Numbered from the stretch's first letter, positions 47,784 through 59,145 are shown. The stretch is DNA of 64,000 nt from Gemmatimonadota bacterium (GCA_040389905.1 JAZJZK010000025.1:1-64000); one strand, 5' to 3'. Translations and numbers: made by a program. Notes: generated from the letters alone by a model not told the origin.

Positions 47784-49514
47784 TTAGCTCGCCGCCAACT
47801 TCTTCAGCGCCTCGAGATTCGCTTTCGCCGCCGCGCTCGGGATCGCCCCGTTCGCCGCGGCTTTCACGAGCTGGTCGTCGCGATGATAGAGGTCATTGCC
47901 GAAGAACAATTGCCCATCCTGCACGAAGGCAGTGCCGTACGTGATGTAGACCGGCAGCTTCTTCGGCAGCCGTACGCTGCGATTGTCCGTTCCATTGCGC
48001 ATGGCGGCATCGACCTGCGCCGCATCCCAACCCAGTACCCATTGCGCGAGCTCGTCCGGCTTCTCGAGACGAATGCAGCCATGGCTGAACGCGCGAACGT
48101 CCTTGTCGAAGAGGTCGTGGTTCGGCGTATCGTGTAGATAGATGTTGAAGTCGTTCGGAAAGAGAAACTTGACGAAGCCGAGCGCGTTCTTGCCGCCCGG
48201 ACGCTGCCGGATGCGCGTGACGCCGCCGTCCTTGTAGTACTCCATGTTCTCGCGATCGAGGTACGTGGGATCGGATGCCACCTTCGGCTCGATTTCCTTG
48301 CGCTGAATGTCCGGCGTGATGTTCCAGTACGGGCGGAACACGACTGTTTCCATGGAGTCGCTGAACACCGGCGTCGCGCGATCCTCGTATTCCTGACCGA
48401 CGATGACCTTCATCTCGAGGGCCTTCTCGCCGCTGTCATAGGCGGTCAGCCGAAATGCCGGTACGTTCACGAACAGGTAGCGCTCACCCAGCCAGCGCGG
48501 CATCCAGCGGCTGCGCTCGAGATTCGCGGCGATCTGTCCCAGGCGGTATGCGGCGGGCACATTCAGCGAGTTGACCGTTTCGGGACTCAGTGTCTTGTCG
48601 ACGGTAATGCCGTGATGCGACTGGAACTGCCCGATCGCCTCCGCAAGATTGGCGTCGTACAAACCCGCCCCCTTTCCGGAGTCGGGTGCGGCCACTTCAA
48701 TGCCCTCCGCCGCAAGTCGTTCACGTAGCGCCGAGAGACGCGCAGGCGAGTCGGACTGTCCCGACCGAAGGGTCTTACCCTTTGGCACCAGTGGCCAGTC
48801 ACCCTTTTCCACGATGGCACGGAAACGTGTCAGCTCCTTCTGCAGCTCGGCGTAGTCGTCATCGAGTGGACGCATTGCGGCGATGCCCGCTTCCAGCGTA
48901 TCGCTCATTGAATTGACGAGCGCGCTGTCGACGTCGTCTTCCCGCGGATCGATGTGCCATGACTGTGCGACGCTTTTCGGCGAGATCTGTCCTGCCAGGA
49001 GATCTTCACCCATCGAGGCAAAGGTCGCCGAGAGCAAGACGTCTGTCTCCGCGATCTGCTCGGCAGTCGGCGTCTTGGTGCTCTTGATCGCAAAGAGCGC
49101 AGCGGCGAGCTCGGCAATGGGGTACGCGTCGACGCGTAGTCCGTCGTCACTGATGCCGAGCACGGCATTCGTGAGGGCGGTGACGCGATCCTTGGCAAGC
49201 CCATCACTCGTAAACCAGAGTGGCGTTTCGCCAAGCCGCGTATAGAGCGCGCGGGTATGACGCCAATCGTCATCGGTGATACTCTGGGGAGGCTTTCCCG
49301 CCAGCCGGCTGGCGAGTGCCGTCTTGAGTGAGGCAATCGGAACGCCGTTGACCTCGGTCAGCGTCGCTGGAGCCCAGACCGCGGCATGGCGGTACCGAAG
49401 CGCGACCCGTCGCGGTTTCGCGGAGCCTTCCTTCACACATCCCACCATCACGGCGGTTGTTACGAGGAGCAGGGCGGTGCGGCGTGCTAGCGCCGTCGTC
49501 GCACGAGGTATCAT
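47784..49514 (-). CDS. YcbB/LdtD-like L,D-transpeptidase
   Basis: PG-binding FQSHHG; VNVPAF; PYWN; YLHDTP...SHGCIR. Confidence 0.92.
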   Translation of the reverse strand: MIPRATTALARRTALLLVTTAVMVGCVKEGSAKPRRVALRYRHAAVWAPATLTEVNGVPIASLKTALASRLAGKPPQSITDDDWRHTRALYTRLGETPLWFTSDGLAKDRVTALTNAVLGISDDGLRVDAYPIAELAAALFAIKSTKTPTAEQIAETDVLLSATFASMGEDLLAGQISPKSVAQSWHIDPREDDVDSALVNSMSDTLEAGIAAMRPLDDDYAELQKELTRFRAIVEKGDWPLVPKGKTLRSGQSDSPARLSALRERLAAEGIEVAAPDSGKGAGLYDANLAEAIGQFQSHHGITVDKTLSPETVNSLNVPAAYRLGQIAANLERSRWMPRWLGERYLFVNVPAFRLTAYDSGEKALEMKVIVGQEYEDRATPVFSDSMETVVFRPYWNITPDIQRKEIEPKVASDPTYLDRENMEYYKDGGVTRIRQRPGGKNALGFVKFLFPNDFNIYLHDTPNHDLFDKDVRAFSHGCIRLEKPDELAQWVLGWDAAQVDAAMRNGTDNRSVRLPKKLPVYITYGTAFVQDGQLFFGNDLYHRDDQLVKAAANGAIPSAAAKANLEALKKLAAS

Positions 49515-49666
49515 TATCCTGTGTTCGTGAGTGAGAACGGTTTCTGGCGATCATGACGTAAGGCGAGAGTCGGGCCATTGAGGCGAGCTCGTCGGAAGAC
49601 TGGCCGTGCAGCCCCAATTCCCTCAATTTGTGCCCGTGATTCTGAAGACCGTTTGCCAGTTCCGCT

Positions 49667-51623
49667 CGTGACCAGTCGATCAGCCGTTCAGTGGCGCTGG
49701 ACACGCTGGTCGCTCGCTCGACAATTGCCGCTGCTCACTGCGGCGATCGTCGTGGTCGTCATGTCATTGACGTTGACGCTGACGTACCGCGCGTTGCTGC
49801 GCGCCAAGTCGGATGCGCTCCACACTCGGCTGCAGGGGCTGCTCAGGCCGCTCGTGCAGGCGGGAGAGACCAGCTCGCGCGCACGGATCGCCGTTCTGGC
49901 CAAGGTGGCGTCCGATACGGCCGTCGATCGCGCGCTGCGGACATTTGCCGCGACGAAAACGCCGGTTGCCGACTCGGGGCTGTATCGCGCGCTGGCGCAG
50001 CTCGTTGTCGCCACCGACTCTGGCCTCCCGATCGAGCTATGGACGGCCGACGGCAAGCGAGTGGCGCAAATAGGAAAGGGTCTTCAAGTCGATTCGATTG
50101 CCACGCTCGCCCCCGAGCTGCGCCCCAGAAATGGCGTAATCGTCAGCCAGGTGCCCAATGGCCCGCCTGGCCTCGACTCGGCGCGCCTCGGTGCGCTTTA
50201 CGCGGCCAATGGACGGGTGTACACCTGGGCCGTCGCGCCAGTGTTCCGGAACTCGGAGCGCGTCGGCTACATCGCGCAGCAGCGCCGCGTTGCGGTGAAC
50301 GCGCAGACCAAGCGTCTCATCAGCGACCTGTTTGGCGAAGAGCTGAGCGTCTACCTCCGGAACTCAACCGACAATTTCTGGTCGTCGCTCGAGGGGACTC
50401 CGGCGAACCAGCCGATCCGGCGCGACTCGACGAAGGATGGCTTTATCGTATACCGTTCGGAGGCGGCGCCACGCCTTGGCGTCGAAGGCCGCATCGCGGG
50501 CGCGCCGTACGAGTGGGTGCTCGAGGTACCGGTGTCTGCCCTCGTGGACGAGCCGCGCACGACGCTCCGGCAAATCCTGCTGGTCAGCCTGCTTGTGTTG
50601 CTCGGCGGGGTGGCCATCGCGTGGGCCGTTGGACGCCGAATCACGCGACCACTGGTCGAGTTGACGACGGCGGCCGAAGCGATCGCGCAGGGCCAATACG
50701 AGCGGCGCGCGAACACCGCGGGCGCGATGTCGGACGAAGTGCTGCGGCTGGGCACGAGCTTCAACCGCATGGTGATGGAGGTCGAAGCATCGCAGCACGA
50801 ACTCGCGTCGCAGGTGGAAGAAGCATTGACGGTATCCGAGGAACTCGAGCGCACGAATACCCAGCTCCAGGAAACGTCGAGCGACGCGGAGGAGGCACGC
50901 GACGCGGCCCTCGAGGCGAACCGCGCGAAGAGTGACTTCCTTGCCGTTATGAGTCACGAACTGCGCACGCCACTCAACGCCATCGGTGGCTATACCGAGA
51001 TCCTCCAGCTGGGGATTTACGGACCGGTCAACGACCAGCAGAAGGATGCGTTGATGCGCATCGCGCGGAGCCAGCAGACACTACTCGCGCTCATCAACGA
51101 CGTCCTCAACTTCGCGAAGCTCGAGGCCGGAGAGGTGAGCTATACCATCACCGACGTTCCACTCCGCTCGGCGCTCGGACTGCTGGAGGAGCTCATTTCG
51201 CCGCAGTTGCATGCGCGCAAGATGACCTACGCCGTGCATCCGCCTGAGCCCGATCTCATCGTTCGCGCGGATCCGGACAAGCTGCAACAGATCCTCATCA
51301 ACCTTCTTTCGAACGCGATCAAGTATTCCGCACCGGGAGCGCGGATCGATGTCCACAGCGAAGCGCATGGCGACAAGATCCAGATCCACGTGCAGGACAC
51401 GGGAATCGGCATCGCCCCCGAACGACTGGACAAGATCTTCGATCCATTCATTCAGGTGGGTCGCGCCCTGAACCGGCCGCACGAGGGGGTTGGCCTCGGC
51501 CTCTCGATCAGCCGAGACCTGGCGACGGCCATGGGTGGCACGCTGTCGGTGAAGAGCATCGTTGGTCAGGGCAGTACCTTCGTCCTGACGCTCGCACGCG
51601 GAAAGGGAACGACGGACGCCTGA
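49667..51623 (+). CDS. Membrane sensor histidine kinase (HAMP-HisKA-HATPase)
   Basis: Two TMs; HAMP; MSHELRTPLN; NAIKY; GVGLGL. Start uncertain. Confidence 0.9.
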
Positions 51624-51666
51624 CGCTGACGCCGCGCTGGCGCGCGTCCTGCCTTGCACGGCCCAC

Positions 51667-53394
51667 ATGGTCCGCGCGTACACCCTGCTGTCGTTCCTCA
51701 CCTCGATCCTGATCGCCCAGTCGGTGCCCGCAGCGGCGCAAGGCACGCGTGACAGCGCGTCCGTGAAGTGCAACGGTGAGATCGTGAGCCGCGTCGAAAT
51801 GAATCCACTGCCGCCTCCCTTTTCCGGCGCGGCCAGAAAGTGGCGCGCGGCGGCGCATGCGGTGGGCCTGCACCACGCAACGACGCGCGCCGAGGTCATC
51901 GCGGCGTTCGTGTCGCTTGCACCGGGGAAAACGTGCACGGAATTCCGACGGACGGAGTCGGAGCGCGTCTTGCGCGCACAACCGTTTCTTTCGGATGCGT
52001 CGGTTCGCATCGTCCCTGACACCGCCGGCATGGTCACCGTCGTCGTCACCACGATCGACGAAGTACCCGTGCTCGTCAGCGGGCGCTTCCGCGGCATCAC
52101 GCCCGAAGCGGTCTCGTTGGGAAACGAGAATCTCGCAGGCGAGGCGTTGCTGGTTCAGGGGCGCATCGAGCGTGGCGGCGCGTACCGCACGGCGGTCGGG
52201 ATGCGCCTCGAAGAGGACGTGGTCATGGGTCACCCGTTCCGCCTTATTCTCGACGGTGAGCGATTTCAGATCGGTCACCTCTGGAGCGCGGAGCTCGAGC
52301 ACCCATTTTTCACGGACCTTCAGCGCATCTCGTGGCATACGGGAGTTGCGACGCGCAACGACTACATACGGTTCGAACGGCCAGCGCGTGACGCACTCGC
52401 GCTTCAGGCCACCGACCGCGTATGGGACGCAAGCGCAATGCTGCGACTCTTCGGCACCCGAACTGTGACATTGATCGGCGGGGCCATCACGGGGCGCACC
52501 TTCGAGCCGGCGTCGTCGGGAATCGTGGTTGGAGACTCGGGCCTCGTCGCCGACACGGGCTCCACACTGCGCAATCGCTACGCTCGGTACGCAGGTGGAC
52601 GCGTCGGGGTGATCGGCGGCATTCGTCGCGTGGCGTTCAAGTCGATGCGCGGATTCGATGCGCTCGTCGGAGCGCAGGACGTCGAGAACGGCGTGCGACT
52701 CGGCATCTTCGCAGGCAAGGGAATTCCGCACTTTGGCGAAGCGGATGTCTTCCTGTCCGGTGCGGTATACGCTGGAGCAGCCCGTGGAAACGCGTTGGTC
52801 GCGACGCTCGCACAGCTCGAGGGCCGCCGCGCCGATGCAGGAGGGAGCTGGGACAACCTTGTCGGGAGTGCGCGAAGCGCGTTGTACTGGGGCAGCGCTC
52901 CGGGTGCGGTGTTGGTGGTCAGCGACGAGCTCTCCGGCGGTTCGATGCCGCGACTCCCGCTCCAACTGTCATTTCACGAGTTGAATGGTGGACTGATCGG
53001 ATACCGGAGTTCGGCGCTGGCCGGTGCCGTTCGCAACATCGCGCGCGCCGAGGTGCGGGTGAGTGCGGAGTCGTTCATTCGTCGCGCCGACGTGGGACTC
53101 GCCGCTTTCAGCACGGTGGGAACGCTCTGGGCTGGCGATGCGCCGTACGGCGTCAACGCCACGCGCGCCAGCGTTGGGGTCAGTCTCCTCGCTGCGTATC
53201 CGACGCGCTCGAAGCGTCTCTATCGCGCCGACATCGCGATCCCGCTGACGCGCTCCGGCGCGGGCGCGGGGAGGATCGAAGTTCGGTTTACGAGCGTCGA
53301 TCGGACGCAAAGCTTCTGGGTGGAGCCGCAAGACGTGTCCCGCGCGCGAACGGGGACGGAGCCGAGCCGGTTGTTTGCGTGGCCATCCAAATAG
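51667..53394 (+). CDS. POTRA/Omp85-like outer-membrane protein (hypothetical)
   Basis: Signal peptide; ESERVLRAQPFL POTRA-like motif; NLAGEA, then beta-strands. Confidence 0.6.
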   Translation: MVRAYTLLSFLTSILIAQSVPAAAQGTRDSASVKCNGEIVSRVEMNPLPPPFSGAARKWRAAAHAVGLHHATTRAEVIAAFVSLAPGKTCTEFRRTESERVLRAQPFLSDASVRIVPDTAGMVTVVVTTIDEVPVLVSGRFRGITPEAVSLGNENLAGEALLVQGRIERGGAYRTAVGMRLEEDVVMGHPFRLILDGERFQIGHLWSAELEHPFFTDLQRISWHTGVATRNDYIRFERPARDALALQATDRVWDASAMLRLFGTRTVTLIGGAITGRTFEPASSGIVVGDSGLVADTGSTLRNRYARYAGGRVGVIGGIRRVAFKSMRGFDALVGAQDVENGVRLGIFAGKGIPHFGEADVFLSGAVYAGAARGNALVATLAQLEGRRADAGGSWDNLVGSARSALYWGSAPGAVLVVSDELSGGSMPRLPLQLSFHELNGGLIGYRSSALAGAVRNIARAEVRVSAESFIRRADVGLAAFSTVGTLWAGDAPYGVNATRASVGVSLLAAYPTRSKRLYRADIAIPLTRSGAGAGRIEVRFTSVDRTQSFWVEPQDVSRARTGTEPSRLFAWPSK

Positions 53395-53398
53395 CAGC

Positions 53399-53461
53399 TC
53401 GAGGGGCCCGCATATTCTACGACACGTGGGGTGCAGGCCCGTCGCTTCGCTCAGGGCGACA
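53399..53461. repeat. Palindromic repeat family B
   Basis: tcgaggggcccgca...gtgcaggcccgtcgcttcgctcagggcgaca. Confidence 0.75.
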
Positions 53462-53483
53462 AAACGAGCGCAGTTGCTCCGAA

Positions 53484-54908
53484 CTACGCTTTCTCGACGG
53501 GCAACGAATTCGCCGCCCATTCCCCAAATCCGCCCGTCACGTTGATGACATTCGGAAAGCCGCGCGCCTGCAACAGGCTCGCCGCAATCGACGAGCGCCC
53601 ACCGCCCTGACAGTGGAGGACGATTGGTTTGTCCGACGACAGCTCGGCCAGATGATCGGTGAGCTGGCCAAGGGGAATATTGGGAACCCCCGGCACGTGC
53701 CCCGCATCCCACTCCGAGCGTCCGCGCACATCGATCACCTGGACGTCCCCATCCTGCAAGTGATCGGCGAGCGCGTGCACGGTCATCTGGGGAATGGCCT
53801 GTGGCTCGCGCCCGGAGGCGATCCACGTGTCGATCGCATCCGAGCCAAACCAACTGCCGATCCAGTCCAAACCGATCATCGCGAGATCGTGCACCGCTTC
53901 GTCGAGCTCGTACTCATCGCCAAGGCCGAGCAGATGGAATTCGCGGTCGTACGGAATCAGTGATCCCGCCCAATTCGTAAAGCTCTTGTTGAGCGGGATG
54001 TTGATCGTGCCTGGCACGTGTGCGGCGGCGAACGCAGCGGCGGGGCGCGTATCGACGATCAGCGCTCCCGTGCGCAGCAACCCGGCAAAGATTTCCGCGG
54101 ACCCGGCGAGTGGCAGGCGAAATGCGCCGAGGATCGCCGGACCGTCGCGATTGATCCGCTTCATCTCGGCGAAATACTTCGGCGGCTCCGGCTGTCCTGC
54201 CAAAACGGTCCGAACGAACTCCTCCTCGTCCGTTGTGATCAGCGCCCAGTTTGCGATCCGCTCGTAGCCCAGCGTCGTCGAGGGAACGGCGCCGAGTGCC
54301 TTACCGCACGCTGACCCGGCGCCGTGGCCAGGCCACAGCTGGAGATAGTCGGGCAGCTCCTTGAAGCGACGAATACTTGCAAAGAGTGACCGCGCGCTCG
54401 TTTCCATCGTTCCGGCGATCTTCGCGGCGCGTTCGAGGAGGTCCGGACGTCCAACGTCGCCGACGAAGATGAAGTCGCCAGTGAGGACGCCCATGGGACG
54501 ATCGGTCGCGCGAGTATCCGTGACGATGAAACTCAGGTGCTCGGGCGTATGCCCGGGTGTGTGCCGCACGTCGAGCTTGATGTTTCCGATCATCACGACG
54601 TCGCCATCGTGGAGCAACTGCGCGCCATCGGATTTCGCAAACGCATAGCGCCAGTCGTCTCCACCTTCGTCCGAGAGCAGGAGCCGCGCGCCGCAACGCT
54701 GTGCGAGTTCACGACTCCCGGAGACGAAGTCGGCGTGGATATGGGTCTCCGTGACGGACGTGACACGGAGGCCTTCATCCGCGGCAAACCGCAGGTACTG
54801 GTCGATATCGCGATTCGCATCGATGACGATCGCATCGCCGGTTGCCTGACAGCCGAGCAGATAGCTGGCCTGCGCGAGTTTGGCGTCGTAGAAGCGCTTG
54901 AGAAGCAT
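53484..54908 (-). CDS. MBL-fold persulfide dioxygenase-like protein fused to two rhodanese domains
   Basis: THIHADF, HTPGHT, GDVGRPDL, PGHGAGSACG; C-terminal CQGGGRS. Confidence 0.9.
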   Translation of the reverse strand: MLLKRFYDAKLAQASYLLGCQATGDAIVIDANRDIDQYLRFAADEGLRVTSVTETHIHADFVSGSRELAQRCGARLLLSDEGGDDWRYAFAKSDGAQLLHDGDVVMIGNIKLDVRHTPGHTPEHLSFIVTDTRATDRPMGVLTGDFIFVGDVGRPDLLERAAKIAGTMETSARSLFASIRRFKELPDYLQLWPGHGAGSACGKALGAVPSTTLGYERIANWALITTDEEEFVRTVLAGQPEPPKYFAEMKRINRDGPAILGAFRLPLAGSAEIFAGLLRTGALIVDTRPAAAFAAAHVPGTINIPLNKSFTNWAGSLIPYDREFHLLGLGDEYELDEAVHDLAMIGLDWIGSWFGSDAIDTWIASGREPQAIPQMTVHALADHLQDGDVQVIDVRGRSEWDAGHVPGVPNIPLGQLTDHLAELSSDKPIVLHCQGGGRSSIAASLLQARGFPNVINVTGGFGEWAANSLPVEKA

Positions 54909-54946
54909 TCGGGGCGGGAAAGGAAGAAATGAATCTTATCGCCCGA

Positions 54947-55888
54947 TCAGTCCCGCGACGAGCGCCCCGACCGAATCACATGCATGGACAGCAGCTCCCG
55001 CCTGTGGTAGTGGCCCGTGACATCGAGCGTCATGCGCTCTTCACGCACGATGTCGAGGTCGAGGTCGGCCACGAGGATTATCCCTTCATCGTAAATGGGA
55101 CCGGCGAGATACGACCCGTCCGGAGCGATGATGGCGCTACCACCCCGCATGACCAAGGGCCACTCGCTCGTCTTCTTCGACGGATGCGCTTCGAGCTCTG
55201 GTGGAAGATCGTCGGACAGCATGAGTGAACCGGCGGCCAGCACGTAGCATCTCCCTTCGAATGCGTAGTGGCGGCTGGCCACCTGATGCATCTCGTGCGC
55301 GGTCGGCCACAGCGCCACATGGATGTCTTCGCCGTCGTCGTGCAGGGCTTGCCGGGCCAGTGGCATCCAGTGCTCCCAGCAGACGAGCGCGCCGACCCTC
55401 GCACCCTCGACGTTCACGGCGCGGAGCCCATCGGCATCGCCATGTCCCCAGACCAATCGCTCCGTATAGGTGGGTATCAGCTTGCGATGATGATTGAGCA
55501 GCTGCCCGTCGGAGCCGAAGGTCAGGATGCTGTTGTAGAGCGTCCCGCGGCCCACACCCTCGTCTACCCGTTCGCTCACACCCATCACGAGCGTGACGCG
55601 GTTCTCGACCGCGATCGACGCCAGAGTTCGCGTCGCGTCGCTCGGAACGGCAACGCTCTCCGCCGCGAGCCGTCCGTATACCTGTTTCACCGGGGCATGG
55701 TCCCAGAGCGCCACGTCACGACAGACGTCAAGCCAGGCGGGATAGCCGGGCAACCATGCTTCCGGGAATACCACGAGCTTCGCCCCTTCCGCAGCCGCTT
55801 GGGCCGTGCGCGCCGCCGCGACGGCGAGTCCGTCTGCGAGATTCGTCGGTACACGGGCCTGGACGACCGCAACACAAAGATCAGTCAT
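54947..55888 (-). CDS. Nitrilase (carbon-nitrogen hydrolase)
   Basis: E-K-C triad: FPEAWLPGYP, HRKLIPT, CWEHWMP. Confidence 0.92.
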   Translation of the reverse strand: MTDLCVAVVQARVPTNLADGLAVAAARTAQAAAEGAKLVVFPEAWLPGYPAWLDVCRDVALWDHAPVKQVYGRLAAESVAVPSDATRTLASIAVENRVTLVMGVSERVDEGVGRGTLYNSILTFGSDGQLLNHHRKLIPTYTERLVWGHGDADGLRAVNVEGARVGALVCWEHWMPLARQALHDDGEDIHVALWPTAHEMHQVASRHYAFEGRCYVLAAGSLMLSDDLPPELEAHPSKKTSEWPLVMRGGSAIIAPDGSYLAGPIYDEGIILVADLDLDIVREERMTLDVTGHYHRRELLSMHVIRSGRSSRD

Positions 55889-56054
55889 TCGACAATCTTC
55901 GAACGGAACGCGGACGGGGACAAGCCGTTGCGCCAATTCGCACCGTGATGCCGGCTGGATATCAGCTCGAACCGCGTGCCCATTCCAGGCACGGCTCGCA
56001 GGGTCTGCACCTTCTGTTGTCCGCAACGGCCACGGTGCTGTGCAAGAGCTATTT

Positions 56055-56131
56055 ACCGCAGAGGTCGCAGAGGGACGCAGAGGACTGCGCTGTTCACGTA
56101 GTCCTTTGCGTACCTCTGCGACCTTTGCGGT
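56055..56131. repeat. Palindromic repeat family A
   Basis: accgcagaggtcgcagagggacgcagaggact / agtcctttgcgtacctctgcgacctttgcggt. Confidence 0.85.
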
Positions 56132-56164
56132 TCAATTGATGTTGTTTCAGTTCAGCGCGTGCTG

Positions 56165-56674
56165 CTACTGGACCAGCGCTTTCGGAGGATCGTTGCGAAC
56201 GAAGAGCAGACTCCGGCGAACACCGCCGACGGTGCCCTGCACGACGTTCACCTGATCGTCGAACACCTCTGCGAGCATTCCGTTGCGAACCATCACGGAT
56301 ATCAAACCGTTCGGAACGGCGGCCTCGATGCATATCCACAGCAACCCATCGCTCCGCCTTACTCCGCACGCAGTCAACGGCACCGTGTGCCCGCGTGCAT
56401 CCGAGACCGAAAAGCTACGAGCGACGTAGGTCACCTCGCGCACATCCAGTGTCCCGGCAGCCACGCCGACGGGCGCACGCGGGAATGATCGCCGCACCGC
56501 CGCGTTGAAATCGTCCGCGAACACGCGAATCGTCGCCCGGACCACGCCGCGTGAGCGAACCTCGGTGAGTTCCGTGAAGGTCGTATGCAGCGAATGCGCC
56601 CCGAGCGTCGTTGCCGACGAGAACCATACGATCGACACCAGGCAGCACGCGACAACACGGCGGCAAACCGTCAT
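56165..56674 (-). CDS. DUF6702-like exported protein
   Basis: Mature N-terminus AHSLHTTFTE; IRVFADDF; NGMLAEVFDDQVNVV. Confidence 0.7.
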   Translation of the reverse strand: MTVCRRVVACCLVSIVWFSSATTLGAHSLHTTFTELTEVRSRGVVRATIRVFADDFNAAVRRSFPRAPVGVAAGTLDVREVTYVARSFSVSDARGHTVPLTACGVRRSDGLLWICIEAAVPNGLISVMVRNGMLAEVFDDQVNVVQGTVGGVRRSLLFVRNDPPKALVQ

Positions 56675-57282
56675 GGCGCCCACGGAACTCTCTGGATTGC
56701 CCAGATCGACCCCATGATCACGACGAGCGACGATACCGCCACAACGCGCGCCCGCATCGGATGCCACACTGCCCCACGCATGGGCAAACGTGAGATCCCG
56801 CGATCGACGGCGCCGAACACCACGGCGATGGCACCGAGCACCAGAAGCTGCCCGAGTTCGATGCCGACATTGAACCCGAACAGCGGCGTCGCGAGGTGAT
56901 CGACGAAGAGCGCCTGGAGATACGCCGCGAAGCCAGCGCCGTGGACCAACCCGAACACGCCGGCAAAGACCGGACGGTATCGTCCCCTCAGCGGAGCATG
57001 CTCCCGGTCGCGTACCAGAAGATTTTCTACCCCCGTCGCGACGATCGTCACTGGAATGAGGAACTCGATCACGTTCGACGGAAGCGCCAGGAGTCCCGTG
57101 ACGGCGAACGCGAGGGTCACCGAGTGCCCGACCGTAAACGCCGTGATCACCCAGAGCACCCTCCGGACGTCGTCACGGCGATAGATCGCCGCGAGGGCGA
57201 CCAGAAACAGAATGTGGTCCATCGCGCCGATGTCCACGATGTGCCGAAAACCGATCTGGACGAACGTCAGGAACTCGCTCAT
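56671..57282 (-). CDS. HupE/UreJ-family membrane protein
   Basis: GFRHI..DHILF, TAFTVGHSVT, FGLVHGAGF, FNVGIELGQ. Confidence 0.88.
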   Translation of the reverse strand: MSEFLTFVQIGFRHIVDIGAMDHILFLVALAAIYRRDDVRRVLWVITAFTVGHSVTLAFAVTGLLALPSNVIEFLIPVTIVATGVENLLVRDREHAPLRGRYRPVFAGVFGLVHGAGFAAYLQALFVDHLATPLFGFNVGIELGQLLVLGAIAVVFGAVDRGISRLPMRGAVWHPMRARVVAVSSLVVIMGSIWAIQRVPWAP

Positions 57283-58496
57283 CTGGTAGCCATTCCAGTC
57301 GTGAGTGAGCGCTCGATCTCTGCGGCATGAAAGTCGAGTTGTGCGTCCTTCGTGCCCTGCGCGAGTGCGACGGTCATCGCCTCCTTCGCCTCGCGATCGC
57401 GCCCTTGTCTGTGCAACGCCCACGCGAGGAGATCGTACGCGTACACATCCTTCCGCGTCTTCAACTCCGCGCGCACCTTGCTCAGCACTCGTGCGACGTG
57501 CTCCTCGCGATCGAGCAGAAAGAGGCTCCACGCGCGATGGTATGCCCCCGGCTGCTGAAGCACCGCGACGTCGAGCGCCCGCGCGTACTCTTCGCTCCTG
57601 CCCGTGTCGCCGATGGCCGCATACGCCGTACTGAGAACACCGAGCGTCGTCGGGTCGAGGGTGATACCGATTGCCTTTTCCCCAAACGTGATGGCACGAC
57701 GCCAGTTCTGCTGCAGTTCCGCACTACGGGCCACTGCAGACAGCAGCCGATAGTCATCGGGATGGGCGGCGAGGCCAGCGCGGTACGCCGAATCGGCGGC
57801 CGCGTACTTCTGCGCGCGGAGTTCCACATCGCCAACACGCAGCCAGAACCAAGCGACTTGCTCGCGAGGAACTTCCGGCGAACGCAGAACCGTCGTGAGT
57901 GCGGCGTGTAGCAGTGTTCGCGCCCGCTCTGTATTCCCCTGAATCTCCGCCCACCGGGCGAGCCTTGGCGCAACGGCGGGATCGCCAAGCGCCGCATGGA
58001 TGCCGGCGAACGACTCGCGTGCGGCGTCATATTGACCCAATTCCATCTCGATGTCGCCGACGACTGCACGAAGGGCTGGGTTGGTTGGATCTTCGTCACG
58101 TTGCCCTTTCGCAAGCGGCAGTGCCTCGGTGAAGCGGTGCTGAGCGAGCAGTGCGCTCACGAGCACCTGCACCGCCGCGTCGTTCCGTTCTCGCCTGTTG
58201 CGCAACGAGCGTCGTGCGGATTCCTCGGCGAGAATCGCGTCACGTGGGTTTCCAGTCTCGCGACCGCGTGCGAGATAGAGCGCGCTCAATCGTGCCAGGT
58301 CGAGAGCGCCTGTAGGATCACGACGGGCGCGCTCCGAGAAGTACGCGATATCGAGTTCACGAATCTCCGCCTCCGATTTCTCGAGTGCCGGTTGTTGTGG
58401 CAAGGCGACGACAGGGACCGGCTGCCCGCCACAAGCGATGAAGCAGCCAGTGGCGGCAATCCAGTGAGCGACTCGAATGCCCGATGCGGTGCGCAT
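57279..58496 (-). CDS. TPR-repeat lipoprotein
   Basis: FIAC lipobox-like; multiple TPR helices. Confidence 0.8.
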   Translation of the reverse strand: MRTASGIRVAHWIAATGCFIACGGQPVPVVALPQQPALEKSEAEIRELDIAYFSERARRDPTGALDLARLSALYLARGRETGNPRDAILAEESARRSLRNRRERNDAAVQVLVSALLAQHRFTEALPLAKGQRDEDPTNPALRAVVGDIEMELGQYDAARESFAGIHAALGDPAVAPRLARWAEIQGNTERARTLLHAALTTVLRSPEVPREQVAWFWLRVGDVELRAQKYAAADSAYRAGLAAHPDDYRLLSAVARSAELQQNWRRAITFGEKAIGITLDPTTLGVLSTAYAAIGDTGRSEEYARALDVAVLQQPGAYHRAWSLFLLDREEHVARVLSKVRAELKTRKDVYAYDLLAWALHRQGRDREAKEAMTVALAQGTKDAQLDFHAAEIERSLTTGMATR

Positions 58497-58499
58497 CTG

Positions 58500-59090
58500 C
58501 TACTTGGCCGAGGCCAGGTACGGGAAGGTCGTGGTGAAGCCGCCGTGCGACGGCACGTTGTCCGTGCAGAGTGGTAGCGCGAACGGCTTGCAGACGAACT
58601 GCGTTGGATCGAGCAGATCGCTGAAGACCGCCGTCAGTGAAATGTCCACGACGTCGTCGGCGAGTTTGCGACCGCCGTATCCCTTGCCCGTTCCGCTCAG
58701 GACATAGCTCAGGTAACCTGCGGTGCTCTGTGGTTGGTCGGTCTGAACCTGGAGCACGTCGGGCAACAGTGTTGCCGCGAGTGCCGCCTGAAGTCCCGTG
58801 GCATTCGGGCGAAACTGCGCGACGAAGCCCTTTACCGGGACGGTGAAGTTTGCAACATCGTCCGACGGATTCGAGCTTCCGTGAAACGCGTGATCGCGCT
58901 TGAGCAGGAGCACTTCGCTCACCAGCGGGTTGCCGAGCCGCTGGACTTGATTGTATGTCGCGGGCGCGTCGGTGATGGCTGTGCCAGTGCTCGTGTCGTC
59001 GCTACACGCGGCGGCGAACGCAATGACGGAGACACCGAGCACACTGAGCATGCCAAGGCGCGCCTGCCGAAGAAGGCTGTCGTTGAACAT
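58500..59090 (-). CDS. DUF4331-like lipoprotein (C-terminal-type half)
   Basis: AAAC lipobox; QVQRLGNPLVSE, GRKLADDVVDI, FPYLA. Confidence 0.8.
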   Translation of the reverse strand: MFNDSLLRQARLGMLSVLGVSVIAFAAACSDDTSTGTAITDAPATYNQVQRLGNPLVSEVLLLKRDHAFHGSSNPSDDVANFTVPVKGFVAQFRPNATGLQAALAATLLPDVLQVQTDQPQSTAGYLSYVLSGTGKGYGGRKLADDVVDISLTAVFSDLLDPTQFVCKPFALPLCTDNVPSHGGFTTTFPYLASAK

Positions 59091-59145
59091 TGGAGTGATA
59101 CCTCGAAGCTGTGAGTAAGGTGGAAGCGATCGGAGCGCGAGAGAG

